Below are positions 35,215 to 49,700 of a stretch of 64,000 nucleotides of DNA, one piece after another; the first letter of the stretch is position 1, and the number at the start of each line of letters is the position of its first letter. The translations under genes were made by a program, and so were the position numbers. This stretch comes from Eledone cirrhosa. Taxonomy: Eukaryota. The notes under the pieces are model-generated. The model saw nothing but the letters and a program-made list of their open reading frames with translations. It made no database searches and was not told where the DNA came from. The DNA lies in the NCBI GenBank assembly GCA_964016885.1, contig OZ024745.1:88908001-88972000 (forward strand). The letters are read 5' to 3'.

Positions 35215-37868
35215 ATGGAAAAACTGGCAACCTTCGCGTCACTGAAGGATATCCCCCTACCTGGTAAACGAGAATACACCAGTTAGCTCATCAGAAGTAC
35301 GGACTCCCTTGTCCGTAGGATGAGATGGAGGGCGTTCCATTTTGAAAGAGAAACGCCTAAAATTACCAACACTCAAAACATGGAGTACCTTTTTAGATCA
35401 AGGAGGAACCCTCCCCACAACAGGCTAATGGAGGATTTCGAAAACGAGATGATCAACATTATCTCCAACCTCAAATTCTCCGGAAACCCACCCAGAAGTA
35501 AGGAGTACCTCACACACCTGGGAAACGGGATGACAAAACTTAAAGAGACAACTGGAATACTTGTCCATGCCGATTAAACCAACAACCTCTACAACATGGA
35601 CATTGAACTGTATAATTAGCTAATTCTCAGGCAACTGAGGAAATGTTACAAAAAAACACATGGAGAACCCTGGATGAGATCAACGCCACAGCTTACAGGA
35701 TTATATCCGGACACGGCATAGAAGATAGGACGGCCCCATAACAACCAAGGGAGCCGCTGATTATCCTTAAGGACCACAATCCAAACTATGAGTCCGACCT
35801 CCCGGTTAGACTAATAGCCCCCTCCAGATAAGACCTATGGATCGTCAGTAAAAATATACTGGATAGGATTTTGCCCAAGCTTCGAAAAAAAACTAGATTA
35901 CAGCAATGGCCATGCACGGGAGATGTAATAGAAAGGTTTAAGATACTACATGAGAAAAGTAGGACCAGCTTTATACAACTTGATATTGCAAGCTCCTCAA
36001 TCTCTCCCATAGTACTCAATAAGGCCCTTATTTTAGCGATGTCCAATATGGAACTAACACGCGAGGAGGTGGACATCATCCACGCGGCCCGAAAGACCCT
36101 GATCAGTTTCGGTGGAGACCTTTGAACCAGAAGTGATTGGCCAAATAACTTTGACATCACGATGGGCTCCAGCGACTCCGCACAGGTAACGGACCTACTC
36201 GGGATATTCCTGCTGAAGCAGATAAAAGATGAAATCCCCTGCCTGGGCGGCGGATTGTATCGTGACGATGCACTCTTTACAGTCTATGACCACAGCACCA
36301 CTATGTTGGAGAGAATGAGGAGGCGTATTCGGCATTTCTTTAAGAACCATGGGCTCAATATCGAAGTAGACCCAAATAGAAAAGTAGTTAACTTACTAGA
36401 CACGACCCTAAACCTGAACAGCGAGCAATACTACCCCTATCACAAGCCCAACGAGGAACTGGTATATGTTAACGCCAAGTCAACCCCCCCCCCTAAATCC
36501 ATTATTAAGGCTGTAGGGAAGAGTGTCTCGGACAGGATCTCCAGCCTGTCCGCAAATAAGGAGATATTCGATAGCAACGCGGAATATTACAACGCAGCTC
36601 TAAATAAGGCGGCGCATAGCCAAAATATATCATATAATCCGAGGGGCCATGGTGGGGATAGCCCAACGGATATCCCGACCCACGTGATCTGGGAGGAGGG
36701 AACCCTAACAATACAAGCAGTGAAAACAACTAAACACCATGAACCCGACACCACCACATTGGCGAAAGGCACGCGTACGCATAACCATGGGAGAAAACCC
36801 GGTACGAGTAGTGGTCTCAGGAGTGATATCAACCACCCCGGGCCCGACGCCTCCAACTGCAAGACACGAAGCGGGACCGATGGAAGACCATCCCATCCTA
36901 GAAATCCCAGCGTGGGTAACAAACACCCTAGAGATACGGGCCGGGAGGTTAGCAGAACAAATAGCGCCCAAAGGGGAAGCTAAAATGCGGGAACCACTAG
37001 CAACCCAACAACTCCCCGATAGCCCACGATACGCTCAACCCACCCACATATGAGTAGACACAGAAAAATCACGTGGTACAACCCACCATACTCAGCGGCC
37101 CTAAAGAACAGCATGGCCCGCTCATTCTTTAGAGCACTAGATAAATGCTTCCCGAAGGACCATAGATACCACAATATCTTCAAAAGACACACTGTAAAGC
37201 TCTCATATTCTACCACGCGAAATGTGGCCCAACACATAGCTGGCATCAATAGGGGTAGACTAAAAAACCACACACAACCGGAAGCTGGCAATATAGGCAC
37301 CCGGCAGAACCATGTGGAGAGAAAGGAGGGTGGACCCAGTAACCTAATCAGACCTAGGGACCCCCCACCGGGCCCGAGGGAGGACCACCATATAATACGG
37401 AACGGGAACCCCACATTAGGCACGCGGAGGTCGAATACCTCCTGCAACTGCAGGAACCCAGCATTATGCCCCTTTAGTAATGAATGCCTGAGGCAGAACT
37501 TAATATACGGATGTAGAGTAAAAAAACCCAACTCTGAACACCTTTACATAGGAGCCACATCAACGAGCTTTAAGGACCCATGGTATAACCATCGCCATAC
37601 CTTTAATAGAGAGGACAAAAGGAAAAGTACGGCTCTTTCTAAACTGATCTGGAAGCTGATGCTGGACAGGACCCCAAACTGTCTGGCCTGGTCCATAATC
37701 AGGAGAGTACCACCTGATAAAGGGGGATCTGGCATCTGCAAACTATGTCTGAGCGAGACCCTCAAGATACTCAGCGGTGGAAGCAGCCTGATAAACCTCA
37801 TGACTGACTCCTTCGGGACAGGTAGACACCTTAGGGCCGGGACCATCCTCAAGCTATATGGACAATAA
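35215..37868 (+). pseudogene. PLE RT-GIY-YIG ORF with stops and frameshifts
   Basis: MEKLATFASLKDIPLP, RMRWRA, FIQLDI, MGSSDSAQ, LYRDDAL, WYNPPYS, CNCRNPALCPFSNEC, YIGAT, CKLC. Confidence 0.9.
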
Positions 37869-38110
37869 TAACAACACACTGGGAGGGGAACTTCCCTCAA
37901 GCTATAGGAACTTCTCCGGGACATGTAGACACTCCAGGCCCGGACCTTCCTCAAGGTGTATGGACAATAACAACACCTTGGGATGGGAACTTCCCTCAAG
38001 CTATAGGGACTTCCCCGGGACATGTAGACACCTCAGGGCCGGGACCTTCCTCTAGCTATATGGGCAACAACAACGCATGGGAAGGGAACTTCCCTCAAGC
38101 TATAGGGACA
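37812..38110 (+). repeat. About three ~100-bp tandem units at the PLE ORF end
   Basis: gggaca(g/t)gtagacac...ggaacttccctcaagctatagg repeats three times; the inverted copy has one unit. Confidence 0.8.
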
Positions 38111-39219
38111 GTAGCTCCGCCACACCGAGCCCACGGTAAACCACCCCTACACTTTCGCCACCCCGTACCCTTGCCTCGATCGACTCCTATGGCAGCACAG
38201 ACTTATGCATATATCCATACATATATCCTGTTATTTAAGATTGCACATGCACTGATACTTACATATGTGGTGTGTGTGTGTGCGTGTGTGTGAGTGTGTG
38301 TGCGTGTGTGTGCGCGTGTATATATATACATATATATATATGGGTGTGTGTGTGTTTGTATAATCTGTCTGTGGGTGGGAGTGATTATGCGATGCACCTG
38401 GGCCCGTCTTGGTGCGTGTGGGCTTGCAACGATGTGGGTTGACACATAGGCATATGTACTCTATACCGAATTAAAAACTGGTCCTCTGCACTTCCGGATT
38501 TTGACACTCAGGTTATTGTGTTTTACACTCCACTCTTGCCTCATTTGCTCTTCAAACGCACTACCCCATGATAGGGTAAACATCGTAATCCTTTGCATTT
38601 CCCGATTCTGACTCAGCCTTTCTACTTCAGTCAATATTTTCCAAATCTTTCAAACTTTAATACATTTTTATTTTATTTTATTTTATATTTTATTACTTCA
38701 TTTTACTTTATCTTATTTCATTATCTGTTTGGCACCACGCCCCCACCCCCACCACGTGAACGGGCGGTAGGATTGATGCCAACCCACACACACTCATTCT
38801 TCTAAAGACAGCAGCAGTAGACCTAAGGCTGACCTGCCAGCTAACCCCCTAACGCCAATAAACACAAGGGAGGAGGTCAGCTGTACTTAACAAAAACAAC
38901 CACAACAGAATGTCTCGCCTCAGAAAAAAATTTCTATAGACTTTTGACTGAGGAATGTTCTCACAAATGACCAATGGGGGGAGAGAGTGTCCTATGATGA
39001 CTAAATTTGTTTGTTCGATTTCATATGATTATTGTCGGAGTAAAACACTTTAATAACATGTGTACCTGTCTCTGCCACACCAATTCTGACTGCCTGAAGA
39101 GGTCACAGCCAATGATTACTGTCACCGAAATATATATAACAGTACATCTTTAATAATCGAAGCCAAATTTTAAATATTTAAATTATTGGCTTAATTATTT
39201 ATTTTATATATATATATAC

Positions 39220-39250
<31 letters not shown>

Positions 39251-39270
39251 AGAGAGGTAGTTACATAGAT

Positions 39271-42200
39271 ATGTTTCTTTGTTAGCCACAGGGGCGCAAA
39301 AGAAGGGGACAAATACAAAGGGTGAATCTACATACAATAAAAACCTGTAAAATATTATCACCTATGCAATTTAAAAATTAGTCGATTTTCCCCAATAGGA
39401 GGAGACATTAGATATGGGTAACACATACCCCCGAAAAAAAAATATGCAGCCCTCAACTCCAGGAGTACGAAGAGTTTGTACTCCTTTCCTATTTTTCCCC
39501 AACCTATAGACTGATATAGAGAGAAGGCCCATTCACTCGGGCCATTCTCGCCACATGCACACACCTTTCAGCAACTCTCTCTCCATCCTGATCCTCCTTC
39601 CAAAGTGGTATTTGAAAAAAAGAATCAGTTGTTGGCCGGAGAGAAATGTGTCTGACCTCAGCCCTTTCAACCTTGTCCACCATACAACCTCTTTCGCCAT
39701 AGCTATCACACAAAGGAAAACCGCTTCTCCTTCGTTTTTGAAGGAGGGTGGCGGTTTGATCATGACAATGGACTCGGTGGTCAACCGGATTGGTCCCATC
39801 CACGACAATAGTCGTTCTACATAGCCCCACAGGTCGGTGACGCCCGGGCAGTGTATGAATGCGTTCGTGACGATTTCTTCGTCTCGCACGCACCCCGGAC
39901 AGATCATTTTTGCAGGGTCCCTGCCCGGGCGCCCATGTTTGTAGTGCTTGTCTCGAACTGGTAGAGCTCCTCGGTAGCACTGCCAGGCCAGGGATTTTGG
40001 AAGTTGTGCATCGGTCCCGGCCTGAACGTCCTACCGAACATACTGGCCAGTTCGTCTTCCTCTACGCCCAGAGTTTCACCGAGCGCGCCGTCGCACTTGC
40101 TGCGGATCAACCCTCTATAGAATGACGGAGTGGAGTCTCCATTGATCGCCGGGTCCGCCTGCCAGAGGGCTGTGAGCGCCTGAGCACATTCGATGTGCCA
40201 GTCGCCCCTTTTCCTCGGTCTTGACCCAGGACTGCAGCTCGGTCAGCGAGACGAGTCGTGGGAAGGCTCGCCTCACGAACGGGGCCCACACTAGTTGTCC
40301 GGTGAGGAATACGTAGAGATGCCGCAGCCCGAGGGCGTGCTTGCGCATCTTCAGACACGGCATCCCCAGCCCTCCTTCGGAAGGGTGTTGGCAGCAGATG
40401 GATCTTCTCACCAAAGGAGCCCGCCTCTTTCAAAGGAATTGGAAGAGCGCGCGCTCCACTTTGGCGAGCGTTTTGGCTGGACAAGGGACGACGGTCAAAC
40501 GGTAGTAGATGACGGACGCTCGACCATTCAAGGATAGTTTGCCCTCGGACCACTTCTGGGTGATTGCAAACACCTTGGCCGTCACCTCGTTCCAGTTCTC
40601 CTCCACCTGGAGGTCCGGACCAAACTAGATCCCGAGCAGCTTTACCGGTCCTTCCGTCCAGCGTCCGACGACGCCATCGGAAGGCATGGTTTGCCCCTCC
40701 ACGAACCGAGTTGCAAACCGATGGTCTTGTCCCGGTTCAGCTTCGCTCCTGTGAACCTTTCGTATTCCTCCAGTAAGGTGCCGACTACCTCAATTTTCGA
40801 GGCGCTCGACTCCATTACTGTCACGTCGTAGTTGCAGAGGGATGCCCTGCAATAGCTCCAACTCCCGCAGTCGTGGCTCGAGAGTCAGTATGTACTGAAG
40901 GGAGGAGAGAGGGCATTCCTGTCGAATGGATAGCGTGATATGGAACGGCTCCGAGAGGTAGTCGTTCACCTTGACCCTTGAGCAGATGTTGCTGTTGTGC
41001 ATTGCAGCAATCCAGCCTCCGAAAACGGGTCCGACGCCTGCCGAAAGCCTTAGACTATCGAAAGCCTTAGACTGATCCAAGTTGAACAGTGCCCCACCGA
41101 GGCCGGGTTTAAACCCTACCCTCTCTATGATGAATCGCATGAGGTGGAGGTTGTCGTGTATGGGCCTGGTCGGGATTTTCTGCGATTGTTGGGACCATGT
41201 CTGCGCTTCTCCCACCAGGTTCTCGACGACAAGGGCCAGCCTCTTTGCCAACACCTTGACCAAAATCTGTAACCCTGTGTTTAGCAGAGTTATGGGCCGG
41301 AAGTTGCCTATGTCATCCCCCTTATTCTCGTCCTTCCTGATCAGTGAGACCACGCCCCCGGTTACAGAACTGGGAATTCTCCCGCTTTCAGGAGACGGGA
41401 GAATAAGTCCGGCATTGCTACGCAAAATTCGTAAGGTAGACCGTCGAGACCTGGAGTTTTTGCGTTTGCCGCAATGGCTCAGCGCGTCCCCTATATCAGC
41501 GGCTGAAATCGGCCTTTCGCAGAACTTTTCCTTGATGTCCGAGAGTTCCGTTAGACCGTCGAGGTATGGACCGAAATCCATAGACCCTCCCGGCGCGCAG
41601 CCCTGCCCGAACAGTTGAACAAAGTGCCGCTGAAAGGCTGCACACATCTGCTTCGGCTCATGTATTACGCGCCGTTTTGGTCCTTCAAAGACCGAATCGT
41701 GGACTTATTGCCACTTTTTGCATCGATCACTCGGGCCCAGCTAACAGCTTTGGCTCCCTCGTTTCCCAGAGCACGTATTTTGCTTCTGACAACGCAGCCC
41801 TCGTGCATTGCGTCGAAGAACTGGTCCAAGGCCGTTCTCGTTGCTAGCACGCTGGCTACGTTGCCACTTCTAATTGCCTCTTCTACTTTATCTACCAGTT
41901 CTTTCTCGGTTCTATTTCTATCTAACGCTAATTCTTTACTAAAAACTATCGAGTCTAATCTAACTGCCCTCGGAGAGAGTACCACCATCTGTTGTTGACA
42001 ATGGCCTCTGTCAAGTGCTGTTTAACTAAAGTGCTAATCTGTCTACTGTAGGCTTTGCTTGTCGGTAACGACAAGTTCAGCTTCCAGTAGCCGGCTTCTT
42101 GTCTATGGGGTTATATCAAGGTTGGCCATGCAGGTCACTAGTTTGTGATCTGAATAGGCAACCATGAACATTTGTGGACAGCTTAACATGTCCCTATCCT

Positions 42201-44942
42201 TATTTCTAACTAGAACCCTATCTAGGTACGATCTAGATGTACCGCTACGATTAGTCCACGTCCACAGTGGCGCAGTCGGAAAATCTAGTCGATATCTATC
42301 GGCCAGGTCAAATCGGTCGATTAACTGTTTGAGGCTGTTACACCCCCCCCTTTATTGGGACATGCTCCCACATAGTCCCAACGTGCATCTAGGATTCCAT
42401 TCCAGTCCACCACTAAAAGCAAGGAGCGGGACGTTCCCAGAAAAGTCTCTAGACGTTTGAAGAAATCTGGCCGCGGTGTCCCGGATGGAGCATATGCGGC
42501 CACCAGACTGAAGGCTCCACCTTCACTACCGACAACGTCTAGGACCACCAGTCGACCCTCCGTGTCCAGATGTACCGTCTGTGTTACGAGGCCCAGGTGT
42601 TTCCGCAGTAAAACGGCAACTCCGCCCCCACCCCCCGGTTGACAGAGAGATGCGTAGATCTCAAAGTCATCGAAGATGGGGGCCAGCTGTCGCTCGCCGT
42701 GGATCCTGGACTCGCAAATGGCTACCACATCCATACTGTGCGACCTGAGGTCATTTAAGTGTTTGCCCTGTTTCCAGGGCATCCCTAGGCCGCGTACGTT
42801 CACACATCCAACTCTTATATTGGCCATGTTGGTGCTGAAAAGTTAAAAGAGGAAAAGAGATCACTCGCTCTTCGCCTCCTGGGGACCAGGCCGCACGATT
42901 TCCATGGGGGTGTTGGAGGGGTTGTCTGGATGGGTGGTGGTTTCCGGCGGGGTGGGGACGCAGATGTTTGGTGGGGTGGGGTCTGGGGGTGTCAGGGGTG
43001 GGGAGGCATTTGAGAAGGACGCGGTTGAGTGGTTTCACGCAGGAATTACCCACATCCTTCTCAAATGTTTCTTTTAGGGACCTATAAGTTTTTATAGGGA
43101 CCCTAATCAGTTATAGGTTCATTTTTTTGCTATTTTTTATAGTGTGGGCGAAAGTTTTCCCTTCGGTGAAAACCGAAGGTCGTTCGTAATGGTATCCATT
43201 AGTGTTTTGTTTTCAGTGTTTATGTAAGTGTAAGTGTAATTTTCTTGTGTTGTGTTTGTTTTTGTCTGTAGTTCTTGTGTGTACTTTCGTTTTGTTGTAG
43301 GTATTTTGTTTTCAGGAGGTGGGGTTTTTTTTTGTGATATTTTTGTTGTTTGTGTTGGTGGTTGTATGTTTGTGGTAGTGTTTGCTGGTTTTTTGCTTTT
43401 GTGATGTCTTTTCTTTCTTTTCGAGCGATGGGGTTCTCGCTCGTCTTCACTGGGTGATGGCGAGATAGCCTCATCTGTTGTATCGTCTGTGTGATTGGGG
43501 AGGGGTATGTCTCGGGGAGCTGTTGTGTCTGTATGTGATTTTGCAGTGGTTTTAGGTGGAGTAGGGTTGGGTGGGACTGTGTTTGTTGCGGTTATTTTTG
43601 TGTGTTGGTGTTGTTGTTGTGGTGGTGTTGGTGCTTGTGTTGTTTTGATGGGTGTCGGCAGAAGAGCCTTTTTTTGGTTCATTAGTTTAGGACAGGAAGC
43701 CCTCAGGTGACCCCTGCTAAAGCAATGGTAACATGAAGGCCGCCTACCCTCAACCGAAAGGTTTATGTAGAGTCCGTCCTGGAGTACACGCTGTGGGATC
43801 ATAGCTATTCGCTCTGGGCTCATTTGCACCAGAACTTCAATGCTAGTCCCATTGAATACCTCTCTGGGGGACTTTCCTACTGACAGTATTCTGTCTTCAT
43901 CAAAATTGATGAAGCCGCACAGTATCCACCAGTGTTCACCTTTGGTGTGACACTTGTGATTCTGATCTTTTGTGTCCTTTTTCCCATGTATGTAGGGAAA
44001 AAGGTGTACAGGTTGGATACAATTGGCGACACAGAGTAATTTTGGGCCGTCAATTGATCCTTTATGAGTACCGAAATACTCCCAAAAAGTTTGCTTCTTT
44101 GAATGAATGCAATATCATTCATTGAATTTTTGAACACCAGTTCAATTTCTTTGTGACAATTGGACTGGTTTTCGGGTAGAATTGGAAACTGTCCTAAAAA
44201 CTATCGTTTTGAGAGCAGTTTCCTTGCGAATTTCTACCGGAGAATTGATGCTGAAAGCACCATTTTTATTGAAAGTGACATATCTCTTAGCGCCCTTTAA
44301 AAGTTGTTCAGCATTTGTTATGTCGAGATATATCAATTGTTCTTTCTTTTGAACTTTCTCTGCAAAGGAGATTTTTGGTTTCTTTGTGGAATCCGTATTG
44401 GTGGTGTTGTCATTATTGTTGTTATTGTTGTTGTCACCGATGTTGGTATCATCCGTATTTTCCTTGGTGTTGTTGTTGTCTTTGATGCTGGTGTTATTGG
44501 CGTTGTCTTTATTTTTTTCTTTGTTGTTGTTATCATTGTTGCTTTTATCATCATTATTGGTTTTGCTGTTATTTTTGTTGTCATTGAACTGTTTGGTGTC
44601 ATTTGTGTTGTTTGGATATGAATTCGTATTTTTATTTTCATTTTGTCTTTCCATCTCTATAGTATCTAGTGAAGAAGACGTTGTTGACTGCGAGCTTTGT
44701 AGTCTTACCGCCTCTCCACCACCATTATCGTAATCAAAATTTTACAATATTTTTTCCAAGATTCGATGGAGAAAAATTTTTTAAATGGATATTCTGCCCC
44801 TGTAGGGGGCGAAAATGAGTTGACACACCACCTGAAGGTCCAGACGGGTGGTCAAGTTACACAATGATATAAAATTTAACTAAAAACTCACGTTTCTTTC
44901 TTACATAAATTAACGGAAACTTCTCCGCGAAGTGACACGCGT
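39271..44942 (-). mobile_element. Near full-length Tx1/L1-clade LINE, decayed
   Basis: ORF1 from 44654 with zinc knuckle CYHCFSRGHLRASC. ORF2 from 42827: MANIRVGCVNVRGL, NFRPITLLN, LDQSKAFD, and C-terminal CPGC...AFIHC. Diverged paralogue of 27150-31990. Confidence 0.9.
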
Positions 44943-45806
44943 CTGATAGAGAGATAGATAGATAGATAGATACGTGGGTAGATAGATAAATAGATATATA
45001 AATAGATATCTTGTAGCTTTTCAGTGAGTAAACACGTTGAGTTTGTTTTGTTTATAAGTATAAGGTTTGAAGAACTGTGATAACAATATTTCGTGATTAC
45101 AGTTATAGGTAACCAAAGGTCTCAAATTTTGAATATGTCTATCTACTCATATACATATTTATTATACATTATATAAACACCGATTGTTGCACGTAAATTT
45201 GTTCTAGCAATGAAACGAATAATATCTAGAATAAACATGCCAAATTTAAATCTAATTTTGATAAATGTATTATAGGAGTTCACCTCAGGCAAATATGTAT
45301 ATATATTAAATGCATCATTAGTGAAACGTGACATTACATTTGCTCTCGGAAAGTATCTATATTATTTCAACTGAAAGCTTCTGTACCATATTTAATATTA
45401 AGTAAATTTAGGATCAAATATGACAGCACAAAAAACTGAAAACTTGTGTGCATTTATAAAGAAGAGATAAAGCTGCCATGAAAATAGTTCTATTCCTGCT
45501 TAGATGGTAAAATATATTTCTACATTGTGTTTATCCTTCTAATGGTTTCCTATTTAAGAAAGGAATTGAGAGACATAGATGGGTCTATTACTGAATAATT
45601 ATCAATACTAGTTTAACATTATTGCCACTGAGCCATATAAACACATACACACACACACACACAACACATATATATATAATAAATACACATATATACATAC
45701 ATATACTAATAATAAAAACGACGATTTGTTCGGTCTTCATTATGTTTAATGAGTAGTGACGCGCGTTGCGTGATTGATCAGTTCAAGGTTTGATCTGTAT
45801 TGATAT

Positions 45807-46035
45807 ATATAAAAATATTCAGGACCCCGACGGCTGAGCTCTGGCCGTTTCGACAGCTAGATCCGAACTCATTCGGCAGCTAGATCCGAACGCGTTCCAA
45901 TATAGCTGTCGAAACGGCCGGAGCTCAGCCGTCGGGGTCCTGAATATTTTCATAATACTCACTCTACTACCCCAAGTATAGAGTATTCTGGTGGGTTATG
46001 GTCCATCTGCTTTTTGTTACTACACCCTATCCGAT
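45807..46035 (+). mobile_element. Miniature fold-back PLE terminus related to the 15522 family, with hammerhead 3' half
   Basis: Arms ~45807-45860 / 45902-45950; gctgtc GAAA cggc-cggagctca-gccg TC gggg followed by cactctactaccccaagtat. Confidence 0.75.
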
Positions 46036-46331
46036 ATATATATATATATACGTGTGTATAATGGTAGCTATGGTGCTTCCATAGGCGGTATGCCAAAATT
46101 AGTACTCAATATTTTTACAGAGCAGAGTCAGAACATTTTTGAGAAAATTTGCTCCGAGAGAATTGCATGTGTTCGAAGGAACCTGCAGCCGTAGAATCAG
46201 CCAGATCCATACAGTGATCATGTCTCGAGCTACCTGCCGGCGAAAAAATTGTAACACGCAATAAACTGAGTCCAGATGCATCACTGATTTTTCGTTTTTT
46301 TATACTATATATATATATATTTATATATATT

Positions 46332-46749
46332 TTAAGAGAGTAAAACAAAGAATCCTTTAATACATCAAAAGTTTTTATTAGCCGACAATGTTTCGTCCTA
46401 TTAAGGACTCATCAGGGCAATCAAAACAACAAGAGGTAATTTAGGCAGATACAAGCCAGAAACTCTGAAGAATATGGAGTTTACATACACTAATGTCTTA
46501 CAAAGATATACGATAATAAAAATGAAGATAAAAATAATAAAATTATAATAACTAAGGATGTAGATAACATTAAGAACCATATTACAAATATAGTCCAAAG
46601 TCACCAACTTAAATCTAAACAAATTTGGTTATATAGAGCAGGAGTTATATATAACACAGTATAATACATTATAATAATAATATATCTATACCAACATTAA
46701 AATTCCAAATTAAAAATCAAAAGGTACAATATATACATGTATATATGTG

Positions 46750-46790
<41 letters not shown>

Positions 46791-49700
46791 TACAATACAC
46801 ATATCCACTTTCTATTACACAGAAATTAAGCCCTATTGGAAGTTTTCACATCAAAAATATCAAAGATAAGCATGGTAATAGTGAAAATAATGCTAATACA
46901 TCTACCCAATATACATGAGGCAATAATATGATATAATTACAAGAAACACTTATAATAAATAATAAACAACAAAATTATATAATACAATACAATATAATAA
47001 AGTAGAATATATAATAATCCCCGGTTAATTTACAGAAACAATATAGATGTCACAGTGAAATACAATGATAAATTGTTAACATTATATTAACAATTAGCAT
47101 AAACAATATGTACAACATGATTGATACTGGGTTACATAATACATGAGGAAATATCAATCAGATAATATAATACAATAATACTCAAAAAAACTATATTGGT
47201 ACAGGGAACAATTATGATGTTACAGAAAAATATGTTGTTACAGAAAAATATACAGACATCAACATATGTAAAGTCTAAATACTATAATGTTACATATTAC
47301 AATATTAAAATATTAAAAAATTTAAAATATTAAAAAATCAAGACATCTTATATGATATATAAAGTTTAACTATCTCAATGTTATATATAATAAACGGTAA
47401 GTAATAAGGATCTATATTATAATGTAATATATTTTAAAAATTGGCATAAAATATGTAAATAAATACTTATAGTTTCAAGGTTAGTAGACAGACATGTGTG
47501 GATGAGTGAACGAAGCCAGACAGTGAATAGTAAATAGAATATAGGATAAAACAAATAAATACAATCAACCGGAAATTACAAAACAAGGCAAATGTATACA
47601 CACTTAGGCCTCGCGTGCATTAAGAAATTTGGTAAACACCAAGGAAAGCGATCATTTTAAATGACTCTAAATCCTATCTGATAAATTAATATTAAAAATA
47701 TCAAACCCATCCAATAAGGTAGTATAAAATTAGCTATAGTCTAAGTCATTAAAGTATATAAACTTTAATGTATCGTTACAAATGTTTACAAAAAGGTATA
47801 AAATTACACTATCATATACGTAACGATATCTAAAAAACTGACTTAAGTAGAGTTAAGGTAGGCTAATGGGGACAGAATTAATAAAATATATGGAAGGGGC
47901 GAAGTGGCATAAAATATATTCGATATACTATAATAAATAATAGAACAGAGCATAAAAGAGGGGGGGTTTAATATAATCGTATTCAATCTAGAGGGGTTGA
48001 CAATAAGTTAATGCAGTGCATGGGGGGGGGGAGAAGGGGGGGGGGGGGGTCGATAGATAAATCAGAATAGACTTAGAAATAAAAATAGAATTAAAAATAG
48101 AATTAAAAATAAAAATAAAAATAAAAATGATGTTAAAATTAAAAATTAAAGTTAATGATAATAAAAGAATATATAAGAATATATAAAGAAAGTAACGTGT
48201 GTAATCTTATGTATACTAACAAGGTGTAATAGTGAAGACATAGATATGGTACAGTGGCCAAATGATTATGAGAGCTAGAATGAAGAGTCATCAAAAACCA
48301 ATGATAACAATAGTGCTGGCAAACAAAAGAACCCAAACAAAAAAACTAAGTAATGGAATATATCTGCTAATGGGTACGATTTGTACTACTAGAACATTTG
48401 GGTTTATAATAAAAGTAAGAATTAGAAATTGCATGGGGGCAAGAAGAGAATATCTCAGACTTTCTATTCAGTAAGGGTACGCTAGAGAAAATAATAGAGT
48501 GTGTCTCAAGTATACAGAGATTACAAAACTTACTATGTGCAGAAAGGTGGTTAGATCGTGCTACTAAGCTCCAGTTAAGGCTATATGGTATAAAAGCTCC
48601 CTTATGGTCCCAGATATAATGCGCTAGAGAGGTAGAATTCTTAAACCTAACATGTTTGAAGTTAGAGATATGAGAGTTAAACCTAGTCTTAAAAGTGTTT
48701 GAAGTAGATCCTATATATGTTCCTTTAGAGGAATTAGTTATAACCTCGAAAGCATAGACAATGTTTTTAGAAAGGCAGTTACCGTTTAGAGGGCAGTTAG
48801 CACTCACTCTACAATTGCACTTCCGGGTGTTATTGGTTGACTCAAGTGGTGATGTATTGCGCGTAGGACCTCTATTAGATAGGGACTGTTCTCGTGGTAA
48901 AGCATTGTCCGATGCATTCTGACTATCAGTATATAGAGAGGAGAATCCATCCCTAATTTTCCTATTATTAGTGCTAGCTAAATGAGAACTATTAGGGGTG
49001 GTAGAGAATGATAGTTTAATAACATTTTTATTAAAGATACCATGGTATTTGTGAGAAGGGGGGGACATTTTTCTCCAGGATAGTGAAGAAAGACCTAGGG
49101 ATATTAGTTGATACATCCTGGTTATATGGCGGGTTGAAATAAGTATTCAATCGCCTTCTATTTTTATTTTTATTTTTATTCTTATCGATCCTACCTCCAT
49201 CAAAAGTCCCACCGTCGAGACTAGGGTTACTATCGGGAATAGTTGAAGCCGCATTCATAGAATCAGCCACAATATCAGTATGCCTATTATAGTTTCTACC
49301 TCTAGTAGATTCGCTGTTGTCCAGAATCCCTACAAGAGGCTTAAGGCCAATGATAGGATCAGTAGGGGCAACATTACTAGAACTAGATCCAGCCAAACCA
49401 ACACCAATGCGTGAGCGCACGGGGACTCGACTTGTCTCTTAGAGGTATTATATTTGTTATTACGAGTCCGGTGGGATAACTTATGGGTGGGTTCAGATAC
49501 TCCTATATAAGTTCTACGGTTACTAAGTTTGCTACTCACATTCATAGCCATGTTATGTGATATAATGTTATTATTATTAAGAGTAAGCGGAGACTTTCTA
49601 AAGTTACTATTATTATAACTTATTCTACTAGAGAGACCTGAATTTGCTAGGGCATTATTGTAGTACTCCGCATGTTCATTAAAAGTTCCTATGTCCTTAG

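Larger units (their letters stand above)
32259..39205 (+). mobile_element. PLE (YRDD, CxCx5Cx5C type): full decayed plus-strand copy 34381-39205 preceded by inverted 3' copy 32259-34380
   Basis: Terminal repeat present three times (minus 32259-33036, plus 34381-35158, plus ~38660-39205). EN region present in both orientations. Confidence 0.9.

Noticed and set aside
35215-37868. Selenocysteine read-through as in Naiad PLEs
   Set aside because: The endonuclease is C-terminal, conserved Cys positions are not TGA, and the disruptions include TAA/TAG stops and frameshifts, indicating decay.
46135-46260. TTGAGAA ... GAAA aaattg TA as a long-loop hammerhead
   Set aside because: Stems I and II cannot be closed convincingly by eye.
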